Assembly: GCA_029260855.1 (NCBI GenBank)
Contig: JAJDCK010000009.1
Coordinates: 1,233-65,232 of the forward strand
DNA: 64,000 nt
Direction of reading: 5' to 3'
DNA from: Candidatus Saccharimonadota bacterium
GTDB lineage: Bacteria > Patescibacteriota > Saccharimonadia > Saccharimonadales > OFTM59
Under the pieces are notes generated by a model that was not told the DNA's origin, made no database searches, and saw nothing but the letters and a program-made list of their open reading frames with translations. The position numbers and the translations under genes are program-made. How positions within the stretch are numbered: the stretch's first letter is position 1; each line of letters starts with the position of its first letter. This document shows, one piece after another, positions 43,611 through 53,036 of this stretch.

Positions 43611-46340
43611 TTAAAGTATTGGCGGCAACGTAGTGATGGAATCGTATGACTCAAAACCACCAGCCGGGCTAATTGACGAACTCAGCCAAGCCTCTGGACT
43701 AAAGATAAACTTCTCAGCCATTGTTGCGCTGTCTCTGGTTTCGTTCGGAGAGCTACTACTCAACGACCCGTTGGTGCGCAATAATCGTATTCTTTTGGCG
43801 ATAAAGCTGCCGTAGATGGTGAGTTGGTTACGGCAATTATCACTTCCTGGGGTACCAGTAACTCTTGTCAGTTGAGACTCTGTAGGGGGGGTCGTGCCAA
43901 ATGCACACGTATATATCTCGCCCCCTTCAGTATCTGGGTCAAGCAAGCTTTTTGGCTGGGCGATAAAAATACCGGCAAGTTCGGTAACATTAGCTCCAAT
44001 AAATACATTGCCTCTTGCCACTAGAGTAAAGTTCGGCATCTCACTATAGTTCCAGCCACCAGATACGCCAGCATATGAGATATTGTTACTAATCACCACA
44101 TCACCGTCAACATATAGGGTTACCCGCTTATTCAAGTCTACTACACCGCTGACACGCACCCCGGCGGCCGTACGTAAACTACCGTTCCACCCGCTTAAGT
44201 TTATATCTGAGCCCACAAACTCTCGCGTAGTCGGCTGAGTACCGAAGTAATCCTGTGGGCATGAACCACCCGCAACCATCTCGCCCCCCCACGCCCCGCT
44301 AGCTGCGACATTTGCAAACGAAAGCCCCTTTGGAGGAGTAGGCGCGGGTGTGCGGCCAGTGGCACTACTAAATTCATGAATAGCCCCGATAGCCAGCGCT
44401 GCAAGCTGAGCACCCGAGCCTTTACCCGGAGTAGAGGTGCTATTATACGCCGTAATCATCCCTGGAGTTCGGAATGCTGACCAGCCGCGACATTCGATTG
44501 ATCCGGCTGATATATCGCCACCAAATACCTTGAAGTACGATTTGTTCATAAATTTGGCGCAGCCTTCATCCGAGCTGACCGCCGGACCTGGTGAGGTTAC
44601 GTTTCCATTACTATCGACACTGCCCGAGCCAGGACTGACCGTGATCGTAATACAGACTTGATCCCCTACCGTAAAGCTCGGCGGTATGCTCCTGTTTTCT
44701 TGGTAGTTGTGCCCGTTAGCGTCCACACCGTTAAACCAGCGATTGTCTGGGCTCGGACTAGGACTCGGGGTAAGTGCAACTATGCTGCCGTTGGCCTTTC
44801 TTATGAAGAAAGATCTTGTAACCACTAGCCTAACACCTTGTGGGTTAGGCGCGCCAGAAGGACCATAGTTCACGCTAAAACCAGCAGATAAATCAACATT
44901 TTGGGGGTCTGATTCGTCCGGATTCAACTGAGCTCTGGCCGTAGGTTTTGGTACGTTAAACTGCCAACATGAAGGTGCTGTAAAGCTTGCAACTTGTGAG
45001 TGTTGGTTAGAGTTGACATAATAGACCCTTACGAAATATTGTTGACCCCGCTGCAACACTAGCGGGCCACCCCCCGATGGATACGGGTTAAAACCCGCAG
45101 GCGAATCCGTTGAAGAGGTCCCCTGCGGTATAGCCTTGTTCCAGAATTGATTAAAATTATTTGCGTCATCAACGTCAAGCATATAAGACGTGGCCGGCAA
45201 AGCTGATGTACTCCAGCTAATTTGTGCACTCACCGTCCCGTTGGTGCACTGAGCATTGATTGTTGGCGCAGGAGGGGTTAAGCGCTCGTAATGCCACCAT
45301 ACATTTACTGGATTGCCTACGTATACATCCACGACCACGGTATTGCTCCATGTCACACCGTCTCGGCCATTGTCGCAGGGGTTTCTCCAGCCAGCTGCCT
45401 GGTTATTGTTGTAGCACACGTTGTATCCAACCCTCCAGCCGGCGGGTACTTCGGCGGTTACACGGTGGAAGGCCCTATTGGGGCCTCCGGGACCGTCATC
45501 ATCAGCCGGTACATCCGTAAAGAAATACGCATTATCCCTAGTGCTGCGCCCACCTTTGTGCGATGAGGTAATCAATGCGCTCTTAGGCGGCTCAATATTA
45601 GAGTTTAGCCCAGGGTTTGCAACCTTGAATCCCTGTATCACTCCCTCAGGCTGGGGCACTGGCCTTAGCCCCGGAGTTGACCCAATCGGATTGCCACAGT
45701 TTTTCTTGATGATAAAGTCACGCTGTGGGGTTGACGAAGCAGGACCATGGCCAGGAGTATAGAAAAGCACGATAAACTGGTCGTCATCTAACCTATTGTC
45801 GCGATAAAAAACATCGTCACCCGTGGCATGATCGTAAAGTGAGTTATCAAAATTAGCGTGGCGCCTAAATGTGTGCCAATCTACCAAACCTTGAGAATCA
45901 TACCAACGTACGCGTTTTTCCCATTCACTAAAGTTATTGCGGGCATAGATAACCCCGGCATCTCTTGAGCCATAGTCACTACCCCACCGCCCAAGCATCG
46001 TATTTATTATGAAAGCCGCGCCAGTTGTATCCTGATATTTGTCAACTGGGCTTCCATCGTGTAGCCGATTATGAATAAAACCTACGAATTCATTAACATT
46101 GTTAACCGGCATACCCCCCACTCCAGTTGGACCACCAGTACTCATCACATAAGTGCCCGCGCCCCCCATGTGGTATTCTCTGTTTGTGAAATAACCGTGC
46201 TGCGAACATCTATTATAAAAACTGGGGCTACAACCGACATGCCCTGCTCGTGCGGGGGTCACAGCCAAGAAAACCATACCAACAGAACCAACCAGCAATA
46301 AAACAATTCCTAAACGGTGCCTCTTAATCAGATTTAGCAT
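43611..46340 (-). CDS. large secreted/surface protein of unknown function (909 aa) upstream of pilM
   Basis: It has an N-terminal signal/anchor (IVLLLVGSVGMVFLAVTPARA). An Fn3/Ig-like segment lies around residues 350-460 (PPAPTINAQCTNGTVSAQISWS...FVRVYYVNS), and the C-terminal half is beta-rich. No family is recognised for the N-terminal ~220 aa. Confidence 0.6.
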   Translation of the reverse strand: MLNLIKRHRLGIVLLLVGSVGMVFLAVTPARAGHVGCSPSFYNRCSQHGYFTNREYHMGGAGTYVMSTGGPTGVGGMPVNNVNEFVGFIHNRLHDGSPVDKYQDTTGAAFIINTMLGRWGSDYGSRDAGVIYARNNFSEWEKRVRWYDSQGLVDWHTFRRHANFDNSLYDHATGDDVFYRDNRLDDDQFIVLFYTPGHGPASSTPQRDFIIKKNCGNPIGSTPGLRPVPQPEGVIQGFKVANPGLNSNIEPPKSALITSSHKGGRSTRDNAYFFTDVPADDDGPGGPNRAFHRVTAEVPAGWRVGYNVCYNNNQAAGWRNPCDNGRDGVTWSNTVVVDVYVGNPVNVWWHYERLTPPAPTINAQCTNGTVSAQISWSTSALPATSYMLDVDDANNFNQFWNKAIPQGTSSTDSPAGFNPYPSGGGPLVLQRGQQYFVRVYYVNSNQHSQVASFTAPSCWQFNVPKPTARAQLNPDESDPQNVDLSAGFSVNYGPSGAPNPQGVRLVVTRSFFIRKANGSIVALTPSPSPSPDNRWFNGVDANGHNYQENRSIPPSFTVGDQVCITITVSPGSGSVDSNGNVTSPGPAVSSDEGCAKFMNKSYFKVFGGDISAGSIECRGWSAFRTPGMITAYNSTSTPGKGSGAQLAALAIGAIHEFSSATGRTPAPTPPKGLSFANVAASGAWGGEMVAGGSCPQDYFGTQPTTREFVGSDINLSGWNGSLRTAAGVRVSGVVDLNKRVTLYVDGDVVISNNISYAGVSGGWNYSEMPNFTLVARGNVFIGANVTELAGIFIAQPKSLLDPDTEGGEIYTCAFGTTPPTESQLTRVTGTPGSDNCRNQLTIYGSFIAKRIRLLRTNGSLSSSSPNETRDSATMAEKFIFSPEAWLSSSISPAGGFESYDSITTLPPIL

Positions 46341-46902
46341 TCAGCTCCTCAATGCGTTTTTCATAACCGCTCTTATCCGCCTCATATAACGGATGATTTT
46401 TATCAAGGGCCTCTATAGCTTTACGGCTATATTCAATTTCCAGGGCCTTGTCATTATTAATCCTTGCGATGTTAATAATACCGTTGTATATACTTTGGTT
46501 CGGATGCGACGATAGCTGCTCCGCTCGTTTATAACTTTCCAAAGCCGCCGCGTAATCTTGCTTATTAATATAGACAACAGCGATGCCGAGATGTCCTTGC
46601 GCTTGATCCTCCGGATTAGTCTGATGTGCCATAAATTTGTTCCACTCGCTTAAGGCTTCGTCATAATTTTTGTTCGATAATAGGACGTCATTTTTCTGGA
46701 ATGTCTCGTCAAGACTATGGGGCTGCTCTTCGGATTGGTCTCGGTTCCTAATAGAACCATAGGCTACAATTAAGCCTATTAAAATTACTATCAAGACCAG
46801 CAGGATAGCGTATTTACGGGGAAGTTTTGCGCCCAATTTTTTTGGTTGAGCTCGATTGTCGTCTGCGGGCTCATTGGTGTTGTTTTTGTCAATATTAGTC
46901 AT
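46324..46902 (-). CDS. membrane-anchored TPR-repeat protein
   Basis: 192-aa ORF with a charged N-terminus, one TM helix (YAILLVLIVILIGLIVAYG), then 3 TPR-like repeats (NYDEALSEWNKF, DYAAALESYKRA, NNDKALEIEYSRKA). It overlaps the 909-aa gene by 17 nt. Confidence 0.7.
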   Translation of the reverse strand: MTNIDKNNTNEPADDNRAQPKKLGAKLPRKYAILLVLIVILIGLIVAYGSIRNRDQSEEQPHSLDETFQKNDVLLSNKNYDEALSEWNKFMAHQTNPEDQAQGHLGIAVVYINKQDYAAALESYKRAEQLSSHPNQSIYNGIINIARINNDKALEIEYSRKAIEALDKNHPLYEADKSGYEKRIEELNAKSD

Positions 46903-47044
46903 TAGCGAGCACTAGCGTTGGTTACCTTGCCCCAATATTAGCAAAAGCACTATAAAATTGAAAGCTTACGCCCCTACTTTTGGGAAGCAGGCAAGATCAC
47001 AGTTAATTGCTAGAATTACCCCCGTAAACTACAATAGGCCAAGT

Positions 47045-48130
47045 ATGAGTTTAGCAATAGGCATAGTTGGGTTACCGAATGTGGGTAAATCTACACTTTT
47101 TAACGTGTTGACTACTAACAACGTGCTGGCGGCAAACTATCCTTTCGCAACCATTGAGCCTAATACCGGTATTGTGCCTGTTCCGGATGAGCGGCTACAA
47201 AAATTAGCTAACCTATATATGACAGGTAAGATCGTACCTGCCACTGTAACTTTTGTAGACATCGCCGGGCTAGTAGCTGGTGCCAGTAAGGGCGAAGGGC
47301 TCGGCAATCAGTTTTTGGCAAACATCCGCAGCTGCAACGCAATCGCACACGTAGTTCGTGCTTTTAATGACCCGAACGTCCAGCATGTCGATGAGAAGCA
47401 CAATCCCCTTCGTGACATAGAGGTCGTAAACACCGAACTAGTCTTAGCCGATCTTCAAACCGTTCAAAAACGTCTGCCGCGCCTGGAAAAAGAAATGAAA
47501 TCCAACCCAAAGCTAAACCCCCTGTATGAAATGCTTACCCGTGCGCACTTCCTGCTGGACGAAGGCAAAACACTGGGCAGCGAGTTGACTGCCGATGAAT
47601 TTAAAGGACTTGAAGATTTACAGCTACTTACAATGAAACCAGTAATTTATGTGTTCAACGTCGATGAGCAAACACTAGCGTCAGAAGAGAAAAAACAGAG
47701 CCTAAAGGGCCTGGTGGGCCCCTCGCAAGTTATATTTGTCTGCGCAAAAATAGAGCACGAGCTCCAAGCTCTTGACGAAAATGATCGACAAGAGCTACTG
47801 GAAAGTTATGGAATTACAAACTCTGGTCTAGAACAACTTATACATACAGCCTACAAGATTTTGGGCCTGCAAAGTTATCTGACCGCAGGCGAAAAAGAAG
47901 TTCGGGCCTGGACAATACAAAAAAGCTCAACCGCCCCACAAGCCGCCGGTGTGATTCATGGGGATTTTGAACGAGGTTTTATCGCTGCAGAGATAGTGAC
48001 CTACCAGGATCTGATGGCTGCCGGGTCATTAACTAGCGCACGCTCACAGGGCAAGGTTCGCACCGAGGGCAAAACTTACCTCATGAAACCCGACGACATT
48101 GTCGAGTTCCGCTTCAACGTCTCCAAGTAA
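47045..48130 (+). CDS. ychF: redox-regulated ribosome-binding ATPase YchF
   Basis: From ATG 47045: MSLAIGIVGLPNVGKSTLFNVLT (G1), DIAGLVAGASKGEGLGN (G3), and a TGS domain at the C-terminus. The upstream extension in the ORF track has no homology signal. Confidence 0.92.
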   Translation: MSLAIGIVGLPNVGKSTLFNVLTTNNVLAANYPFATIEPNTGIVPVPDERLQKLANLYMTGKIVPATVTFVDIAGLVAGASKGEGLGNQFLANIRSCNAIAHVVRAFNDPNVQHVDEKHNPLRDIEVVNTELVLADLQTVQKRLPRLEKEMKSNPKLNPLYEMLTRAHFLLDEGKTLGSELTADEFKGLEDLQLLTMKPVIYVFNVDEQTLASEEKKQSLKGLVGPSQVIFVCAKIEHELQALDENDRQELLESYGITNSGLEQLIHTAYKILGLQSYLTAGEKEVRAWTIQKSSTAPQAAGVIHGDFERGFIAAEIVTYQDLMAAGSLTSARSQGKVRTEGKTYLMKPDDIVEFRFNVSK

Positions 48131-48163
48131 TCAAAACTAATATTACACCTTGGACCATAGGTG

Positions 48164-48205
48164 CACTTAACATAAAACGTCCGATCGGACGTCTTATGTT
48201 AAGTG
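48164..48205. terminator. long palindromic hairpin between the convergent ychF and PRTase genes
   Basis: CACTTAACATAA-a-ACGTCC-GATC-GGACGT-c-TTATGTTAAGTG (12+6 bp). Only a short T run follows on the plus strand. Confidence 0.5.
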
Positions 48206-48254
48206 TTTACTCGCTAGTTGTGACATTTTTAGCCATTATGACGTTTTTTGATAA

Positions 48255-48911
48255 TTAACGCTTCCAGTGCGTGCTAATATTGTTCATCATGCGAAACAAA
48301 TCGTTGATTTTTGGAATCGTATTATCGTCATAATAATGATCAACTGATATAAAGTTCTCCACCACACTAAGGCAGCAGATCTCATCGCCAACTAGGTGCA
48401 TACGGTCAACCGCCACAACGTTAGCAATAGGCGCAGCTATGATCAACCTCTCTATGGCTATGGTTTTTAAGAAATCGTAAGCGATATCAAGCGAATAACC
48501 ACTTACTAATCCATCCGAAACAAGCACGACCACATGATGCCTGAGCTGCTTAGCGTGAATCTCTCCGTCCCTGCCCATCAGTACGTTCAGCCGGTGCATT
48601 TTCTCCATTCGCTGAGCATCTATGTATTGATGAAACTCGCTTGCTAGTTCTTCTAGCTGGCCAGGGCTAAACATATCATTGTAGGTAAAGTTGCCGTATG
48701 AGCTGATGGCGGCAATCGCCTCGTGCTCTCCTGGCAAAATAATATTTTCAGTCAATAGCAGCATCATATTCGCGTGCAGCCTCATGGCAATCTGGGCGCC
48801 GACTATAGCAGCACCATTGCTTAGGCAGACTACAGATACATTATGGTTATTATAGTGTTCGAGTTTATTTGCTATTTTTCGTCCCGCATCAGCACGGTTT
48901 CTAAAGTACAT
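48255..48911 (-). CDS. phosphoribosyltransferase-family protein
   Basis: 218-aa ORF with a PRPP-binding-like acidic loop (HHVVVLVSDGLVSGYSL). Family-level call only. Confidence 0.65.
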   Translation of the reverse strand: MYFRNRADAGRKIANKLEHYNNHNVSVVCLSNGAAIVGAQIAMRLHANMMLLLTENIILPGEHEAIAAISSYGNFTYNDMFSPGQLEELASEFHQYIDAQRMEKMHRLNVLMGRDGEIHAKQLRHHVVVLVSDGLVSGYSLDIAYDFLKTIAIERLIIAAPIANVVAVDRMHLVGDEICCLSVVENFISVDHYYDDNTIPKINDLFRMMNNISTHWKR

Positions 48912-48964
48912 ATCAGCAGTTTAGCATAGGTTTTGGCGGGGTTAGACGAGCAGGGTCGCTTCGG

Positions 48965-49591
48965 CTATCTGCTCAACTGGCTAGTAGTCACAAACCTAGA
49001 GATCCTTCGCCTGAAATACGGCCTGCCTTGATACGAGGTTTTGTTAATCAAAGAGCTGTTATTAGTTTGCGGCACCTCGTAACTAGATATTTTCGGCTCA
49101 AGAAGCGAGAATTGCGGTTGAGGGGCTTGCTCGGAATTTATAGGCGTAAATATATAAGGTGATTGTTGATGTTGCTCGTCATAACGTCTACGCACTTCCA
49201 TGACGCGCTGCTGTATGTATGCAGCAAGGCGTCTAAGGTTCGCCTGGTTCCAGCTTTTGAACTGTAGTGACTTAGCCACAAATGTAAGTGTTACCGTAGC
49301 ATCAAGCAGACGATGTTGGTACATAACCTCGGCGATCATATCGTAGCGACAATCTTCCAGGGTGAGAAAAAAAAGCTTCTTATCAATTAGTAGCACGCGC
49401 TGATCCGTGCAACACAAAAGCGCAAAACCACCGTTATACCACCCCATGGAGACCTGCTGGAGTCGCTCCCCAGGGATGAGAATCCTCGGCAACTCGTGAA
49501 TTTCCGCTTTAGTCCAAAGGCTTGGCCTCATACCGAGTTGTTTAAGCTGGCTTAGAACTTCATGCATGGTTACCATAGCTGCCTCCTTCAA
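48965..49591 (-). CDS. bacterial PH-domain (YokE-like) protein
   Basis: 208-aa ORF. LPRILIPGERLQQVSMGWYNGGFALLCCTDQRVLLIDKK matches the YokE-like PH pattern. The C-terminus is low complexity. Confidence 0.55.
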   Translation of the reverse strand: MKEAAMVTMHEVLSQLKQLGMRPSLWTKAEIHELPRILIPGERLQQVSMGWYNGGFALLCCTDQRVLLIDKKLFFLTLEDCRYDMIAEVMYQHRLLDATVTLTFVAKSLQFKSWNQANLRRLAAYIQQRVMEVRRRYDEQHQQSPYIFTPINSEQAPQPQFSLLEPKISSYEVPQTNNSSLINKTSYQGRPYFRRRISRFVTTSQLSR

Positions 49592-49652
49592 GTGACAACC
49601 ATATCATATTCCGTTAATTGGGATTATTCAGTAATTTCCATCACTATATATG

Positions 49653-49668
49653 TGTGACTTTCGTCACA
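49653..49668. promoter_or_regulatory. perfect CRP/FNR-type palindrome TGTGAC-TTTC-GTCACA
   Basis: A 16-bp site fitting TGTGA-N6-TCACA exactly. It lies in the divergent spacer, 62 nt from the PH-domain gene start and 17-41 nt upstream of the candidate Crp/Fnr gene starts. Confidence 0.6.
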
Positions 49669-49684
49669 GAGACTTTGCCTGTTA

Positions 49685-50356
49685 ATGTTTTCATGTCACA
49701 ATAGGCTCATGCTTGCTACGCAAAAGCAGTTAGACGTCATGGTGAAGGTCTTCAGGTCTGGAACTAATACGACGTTCCGCAAAGGAGAATTTATTATACG
49801 CCCCGGAGAAACGCCACCAGGCGTTTTTTTTATAGAGAAAGGCCTTGTCAAAGCTTTTGATATTACTAAGTACGGCGAGGAGAACTTACTTATAGTCCGC
49901 AAGGAGAATGAAATTTTCCCCCTTATATGGGCCATCACCGGTCAAGAGCGCAACATTATTTATCAAGCGCTCGTTCCGACCAGTGTCTGGCGAATCAAAC
50001 GAGAGGATTTTGAGAACTATATAAAAAATCCAATCAACCCCCTCTCGCCGCTACTGGATATGACAATTGAGATGTACCGAATCCATTCGGAGCATATTAT
50101 AAACCTAGAGTATCGGACTGTTCGTGAAAGGCTTGTATCATTTCTGCTAAGTATGGCGGAAAGATTCGGAGAAAAGACGGCAAGCGGCACACTGATCAAC
50201 GTACCCCTCAGACAGCAAGACATGGCTAGCTCTATTAGTGCAACCAGGGAAACCACTAGTAGAGAATTATCTGTACTTGAAAAGCACGGTTATATACAAA
50301 CCAAATCGCCGTATGTTGTTATATGTAATGTTAAGAAAATGCGCTCATTTTTGTAA
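49685..50356 (+). CDS. Crp/Fnr family transcriptional regulator
   Basis: 223-aa ORF with a cNMP-binding beta-barrel (FRKGEFIIRPGETPPGVFFIEKGLVKAF) and a C-terminal HTH (QQDMASSISATRETTSRELSVLEKHGYI). The start could alternatively be ATG 49709. Confidence 0.85.
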   Translation: MFSCHNRLMLATQKQLDVMVKVFRSGTNTTFRKGEFIIRPGETPPGVFFIEKGLVKAFDITKYGEENLLIVRKENEIFPLIWAITGQERNIIYQALVPTSVWRIKREDFENYIKNPINPLSPLLDMTIEMYRIHSEHIINLEYRTVRERLVSFLLSMAERFGEKTASGTLINVPLRQQDMASSISATRETTSRELSVLEKHGYIQTKSPYVVICNVKKMRSFL

Positions 50357-51064
50357 AAGTTTCAGAAGGTAAAATCGTTCTTGGTTGCCCTTAGCTCCAG
50401 CAACTCCGGAGTCGGCCTTTGCAATAATTTTGAATAATTTTTGTATCCAATTCTCTAGATCTTTTAAGGTGTTGCGTCTAATTTTATCATTTTTAATCAC
50501 CCCTTTATGTTTGGCTGCCAGGCCAACCTCAAACTGTGGTTTAGCCATGGCGACCACGTGAGTTAGGGGCGTAATAATATCTGCTATGTGGACCAGTATT
50601 TCTCTCAGGCTTATGAAACTAACGTCTATCACCGCAATATCTATCGTGTGCTCTGTTTTGAAATTACGAATATCAGTTTGCTCGTGCAGCTCTATTTTTG
50701 GATTGCTCCGAAGGCTCTGCGACATCTGGTTCGTACCCACGTCCACAGCAACAACTTTGGCGGCACCATGTTTTAGGGCATAGTCGGTAAAACCGCCCGT
50801 TGACGAACCGACATCTAGTACGATTTTGTTCCGAAAATCTAGCTGCAAAGCCTGAGAAACTGAACTTAATTTAAGCCCTGCCCTTGATACGTACTGTTCA
50901 CTATTAATGATTAATGTGTCTTGACCATTAACCATCGTGCCCGGTTTAGAAACTACGCTGCCGTTAACCTTAACCTTACCGAGTCGTATATAGCTCTCAG
51001 CTTGGCTCCTCGTAGCGACTAATTCTTTTCCGACCAGTGCTTGGTCTAGGCGTTTTCTTGTCAT
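50345..51064 (-). CDS. tlyA: TlyA-family rRNA 2'-O-methyltransferase
   Basis: 239-aa ORF with an N-terminal S4 domain (RLDQALVGKELVATRSQAESYIRLGKVKVNG) plus an FtsJ-like SAM-binding motif (VLDVGSSTGGFTDYAL). Confidence 0.85.
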   Translation of the reverse strand: MTRKRLDQALVGKELVATRSQAESYIRLGKVKVNGSVVSKPGTMVNGQDTLIINSEQYVSRAGLKLSSVSQALQLDFRNKIVLDVGSSTGGFTDYALKHGAAKVVAVDVGTNQMSQSLRSNPKIELHEQTDIRNFKTEHTIDIAVIDVSFISLREILVHIADIITPLTHVVAMAKPQFEVGLAAKHKGVIKNDKIRRNTLKDLENWIQKLFKIIAKADSGVAGAKGNQERFYLLKLLQK

Positions 51065-51147
51065 ATCTTTGCAGCTCCATCACGGCCTTCACTGTTGTTA
51101 TTGACGCTCACCGATTACTAATTAATGCGGGATGCGCTACCGTATGG

Positions 51148-51714
51148 TCATACCTTAACTCGCTCAAGGTATTCCCCGGTTCGCGTGTCAACTTTTATAA
51201 TATCGCCCTGCTTGATGAACGCCGGCACCTTGACTTTAATACCGGTCTCAAGCTGAGCTTCCTTTGTTATGGCAGAGCTAGTATCGCCCTTAACTACACT
51301 TTCCGTATAAGTTACTTTGAGGGGAATATTTTTAGCTAGCTCAATATTAATAACTCGGCTATCAAACATTTGAGCCTGGACCTTATCGCCCTCCTTCAAG
51401 AAACCGGCCTGATCGGCCATGTCGCTTGCCGGCAGATCAAATTGCTCATACGTGTCATCATCCATAAAGAAAAATGTCACACCATCGTTGTAAAGATACT
51501 GTACTTTTTTCTGGGTAACATCAGCTTGCTCGATAGATTCACTGCCCTTAAATGTTTTGTCTAAAACACGGCCGTCTATTAAGCTTTTGATCTTTACATT
51601 TACAATTGACCCGCCGCGGCCCATAACTTTTTGGCCATACTCAATAACCCTATACGGCGTGCCGTCCAGTTGAAATACTTGCCCCTTTTTTAGATCAGTG
51701 GGTCCAAATGCCAT
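51148..51714 (-). CDS. efp: elongation factor P
   Basis: 188-aa ORF. DLKKGQVFQLDGTPYRVIEYGQKVMGRGGSIVNVKIKSL has the EF-P KOW domain and the GRGG loop. Confidence 0.93.
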   Translation of the reverse strand: MAFGPTDLKKGQVFQLDGTPYRVIEYGQKVMGRGGSIVNVKIKSLIDGRVLDKTFKGSESIEQADVTQKKVQYLYNDGVTFFFMDDDTYEQFDLPASDMADQAGFLKEGDKVQAQMFDSRVINIELAKNIPLKVTYTESVVKGDTSSAITKEAQLETGIKVKVPAFIKQGDIIKVDTRTGEYLERVKV

Positions 51715-51725
51715 TTGTGCCGTCT

Positions 51726-51929
51726 CTAGTTGCTGGCCACAAATGGTAATAGCGCGATGTGACGAGCACGCTTGATAGCGGTGGCTAAACGGCGCTGTTC
51801 ATGTTCGAGTAGTCCGGTTTTCTTACGGATTTCAATCTGTCCGTATTGGTTTACGTAGCGCTGTAAGGTCTTTACGTCCTTGTAGTCAAAATACGCTACG
51901 TCTGTTCTGTTTTTAAAAATCTTTGCCAT
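51726..51929 (-). CDS. rpsR: 30S ribosomal protein S18
   Basis: 67-aa ORF containing DYKDVKTLQRYVNQYGQIEIRKKTGL...RRLATAIKRARHIALLPF. Confidence 0.93.
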   Translation of the reverse strand: MAKIFKNRTDVAYFDYKDVKTLQRYVNQYGQIEIRKKTGLLEHEQRRLATAIKRARHIALLPFVASN

Positions 51930-51939
51930 CTAATTCTCC

Positions 51940-52407
51940 TTAAAATGGGATATCGTCTAAGTTAATTGGTTCATCGCCGATGTCTTCTATTACTACATCG
52001 TCTTTTTTAGCTGGTTTACTTGGCTTTGGATTGTCATCAGCAGCTTGGCCGCCTCCGTTGTCATCGCCTCCAGCCCCTCGGCTGTCTAGGAATGTGACGT
52101 CATTTGCCAGCACTTCTACTTTGCTGCGCTTTTGACCGTCTTGTTCCCAGCTGCGGCTTTGTAAGCGCCCCTGCACTAAGCATCGGCGCCCCTTGCTCAG
52201 ATACTGCGCAACGCGCTCTGCTAAGTTGGCCCACGCAACTATATCTATGTAATCAGTAACTTCTTTCCACTCACCGCTTGCGTCCTTGTAAGAACGATTA
52301 AGCGCCAAACTAAAACTAACTACACTCTGACCGTTGGGTGTTTGCCTAAGCTCAGGGTCCCGAGTTAGGTTACCCATCAAAATTACTTGGTTTAAGCTTC
52401 GTGCCAT
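51940..52407 (-). CDS. ssb: single-stranded DNA-binding protein
   Basis: 155-aa ORF with an OB fold (LNQVILMGNLTRDPELRQTPNGQSVVSFSLA) and an acidic tail ending DDIPF. Confidence 0.93.
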   Translation of the reverse strand: MARSLNQVILMGNLTRDPELRQTPNGQSVVSFSLALNRSYKDASGEWKEVTDYIDIVAWANLAERVAQYLSKGRRCLVQGRLQSRSWEQDGQKRSKVEVLANDVTFLDSRGAGGDDNGGGQAADDNPKPSKPAKKDDVVIEDIGDEPINLDDIPF

Positions 52408-52436
52408 GTCTTTAGCTCCTCGTTATATGTCTTATT

Positions 52437-52826
52437 CTACTCTTCGTCGTCTTTGTCGCTAGAGTCATCTTCGCGGACCGGGCCACGCTCAGCTGCTTTC
52501 TTGGCCTTTTCGGCTTTGGTCGCATCAGCTTTAGCTATAGCTTTTAGGTCTGGCTTCGTAATCAAAAAGCGGATGACTTCATCTGTAATATTAAGGGTGG
52601 TCTCCACCTTACGCACACCTTCGCCTGGCATATCCACCGTATAGAAAACATACACGGCATGCTCTTGTTTTTTGATTGGGTAAGCTAGTTTGCGCTTGCC
52701 CCAGTTATCGGCCTTAACGACCTTACCACCGTTTGAGGTAATAATTTTTGTAACCCTTTCTTCGGCTTTGGATAAATCCACTTCCAGGTCCGGGTGATAC
52801 AATACGGCAATTTCGTACTGGTTCAA
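52437..52826 (-). CDS. rpsF: 30S ribosomal protein S6 (TTG start)
   Basis: 129-aa ORF (M)NQYEIAVLYHPDLE... with a GAAGGAG Shine-Dalgarno 6 nt upstream of the TTG and an acidic C-terminal tail. Confidence 0.92.
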   Translation of the reverse strand: MNQYEIAVLYHPDLEVDLSKAEERVTKIITSNGGKVVKADNWGKRKLAYPIKKQEHAVYVFYTVDMPGEGVRKVETTLNITDEVIRFLITKPDLKAIAKADATKAEKAKKAAERGPVREDDSSDKDDEE

Positions 52827-52906
52827 TTTGAACTCCTTCCTTTGGTCTAAGGGCTACTCGCTCTAAAGTTGGCAGTAACCTGAAGCTTAAGTCTAAGCTA
52901 GATACA

Positions 52907-52935
52907 AGTATAGCCCATTCGCCCCTGTTAGTCAA
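52907..52935 (-). promoter_or_regulatory. sigma-70-type promoter of rpsF-ssb-rpsR
   Basis: Minus-sense TTGACT (52935-52930), 17-nt spacer, TATACT (52912-52907), giving an ~80-nt leader. Confidence 0.55.
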
Positions 52936-53036
52936 CGTGAGAGATCTTATTAAATAATTTTATTGACTACGCACAGTATGATGCGGCAAAATAGGCATAA
53001 GAATGAAAGCAAAAAACAAAAGGATTGGTATATAAA

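Noticed and set aside
46958-47044. N-terminal extension of ychF in the ORF track
   Set aside because: The conserved YchF N-terminus (MSLAIGIVGLPNVGKST) begins at ATG 47045. The extension uses a non-ATG start and covers promoter-like sequence (TTGCTA-17-TACAAT).
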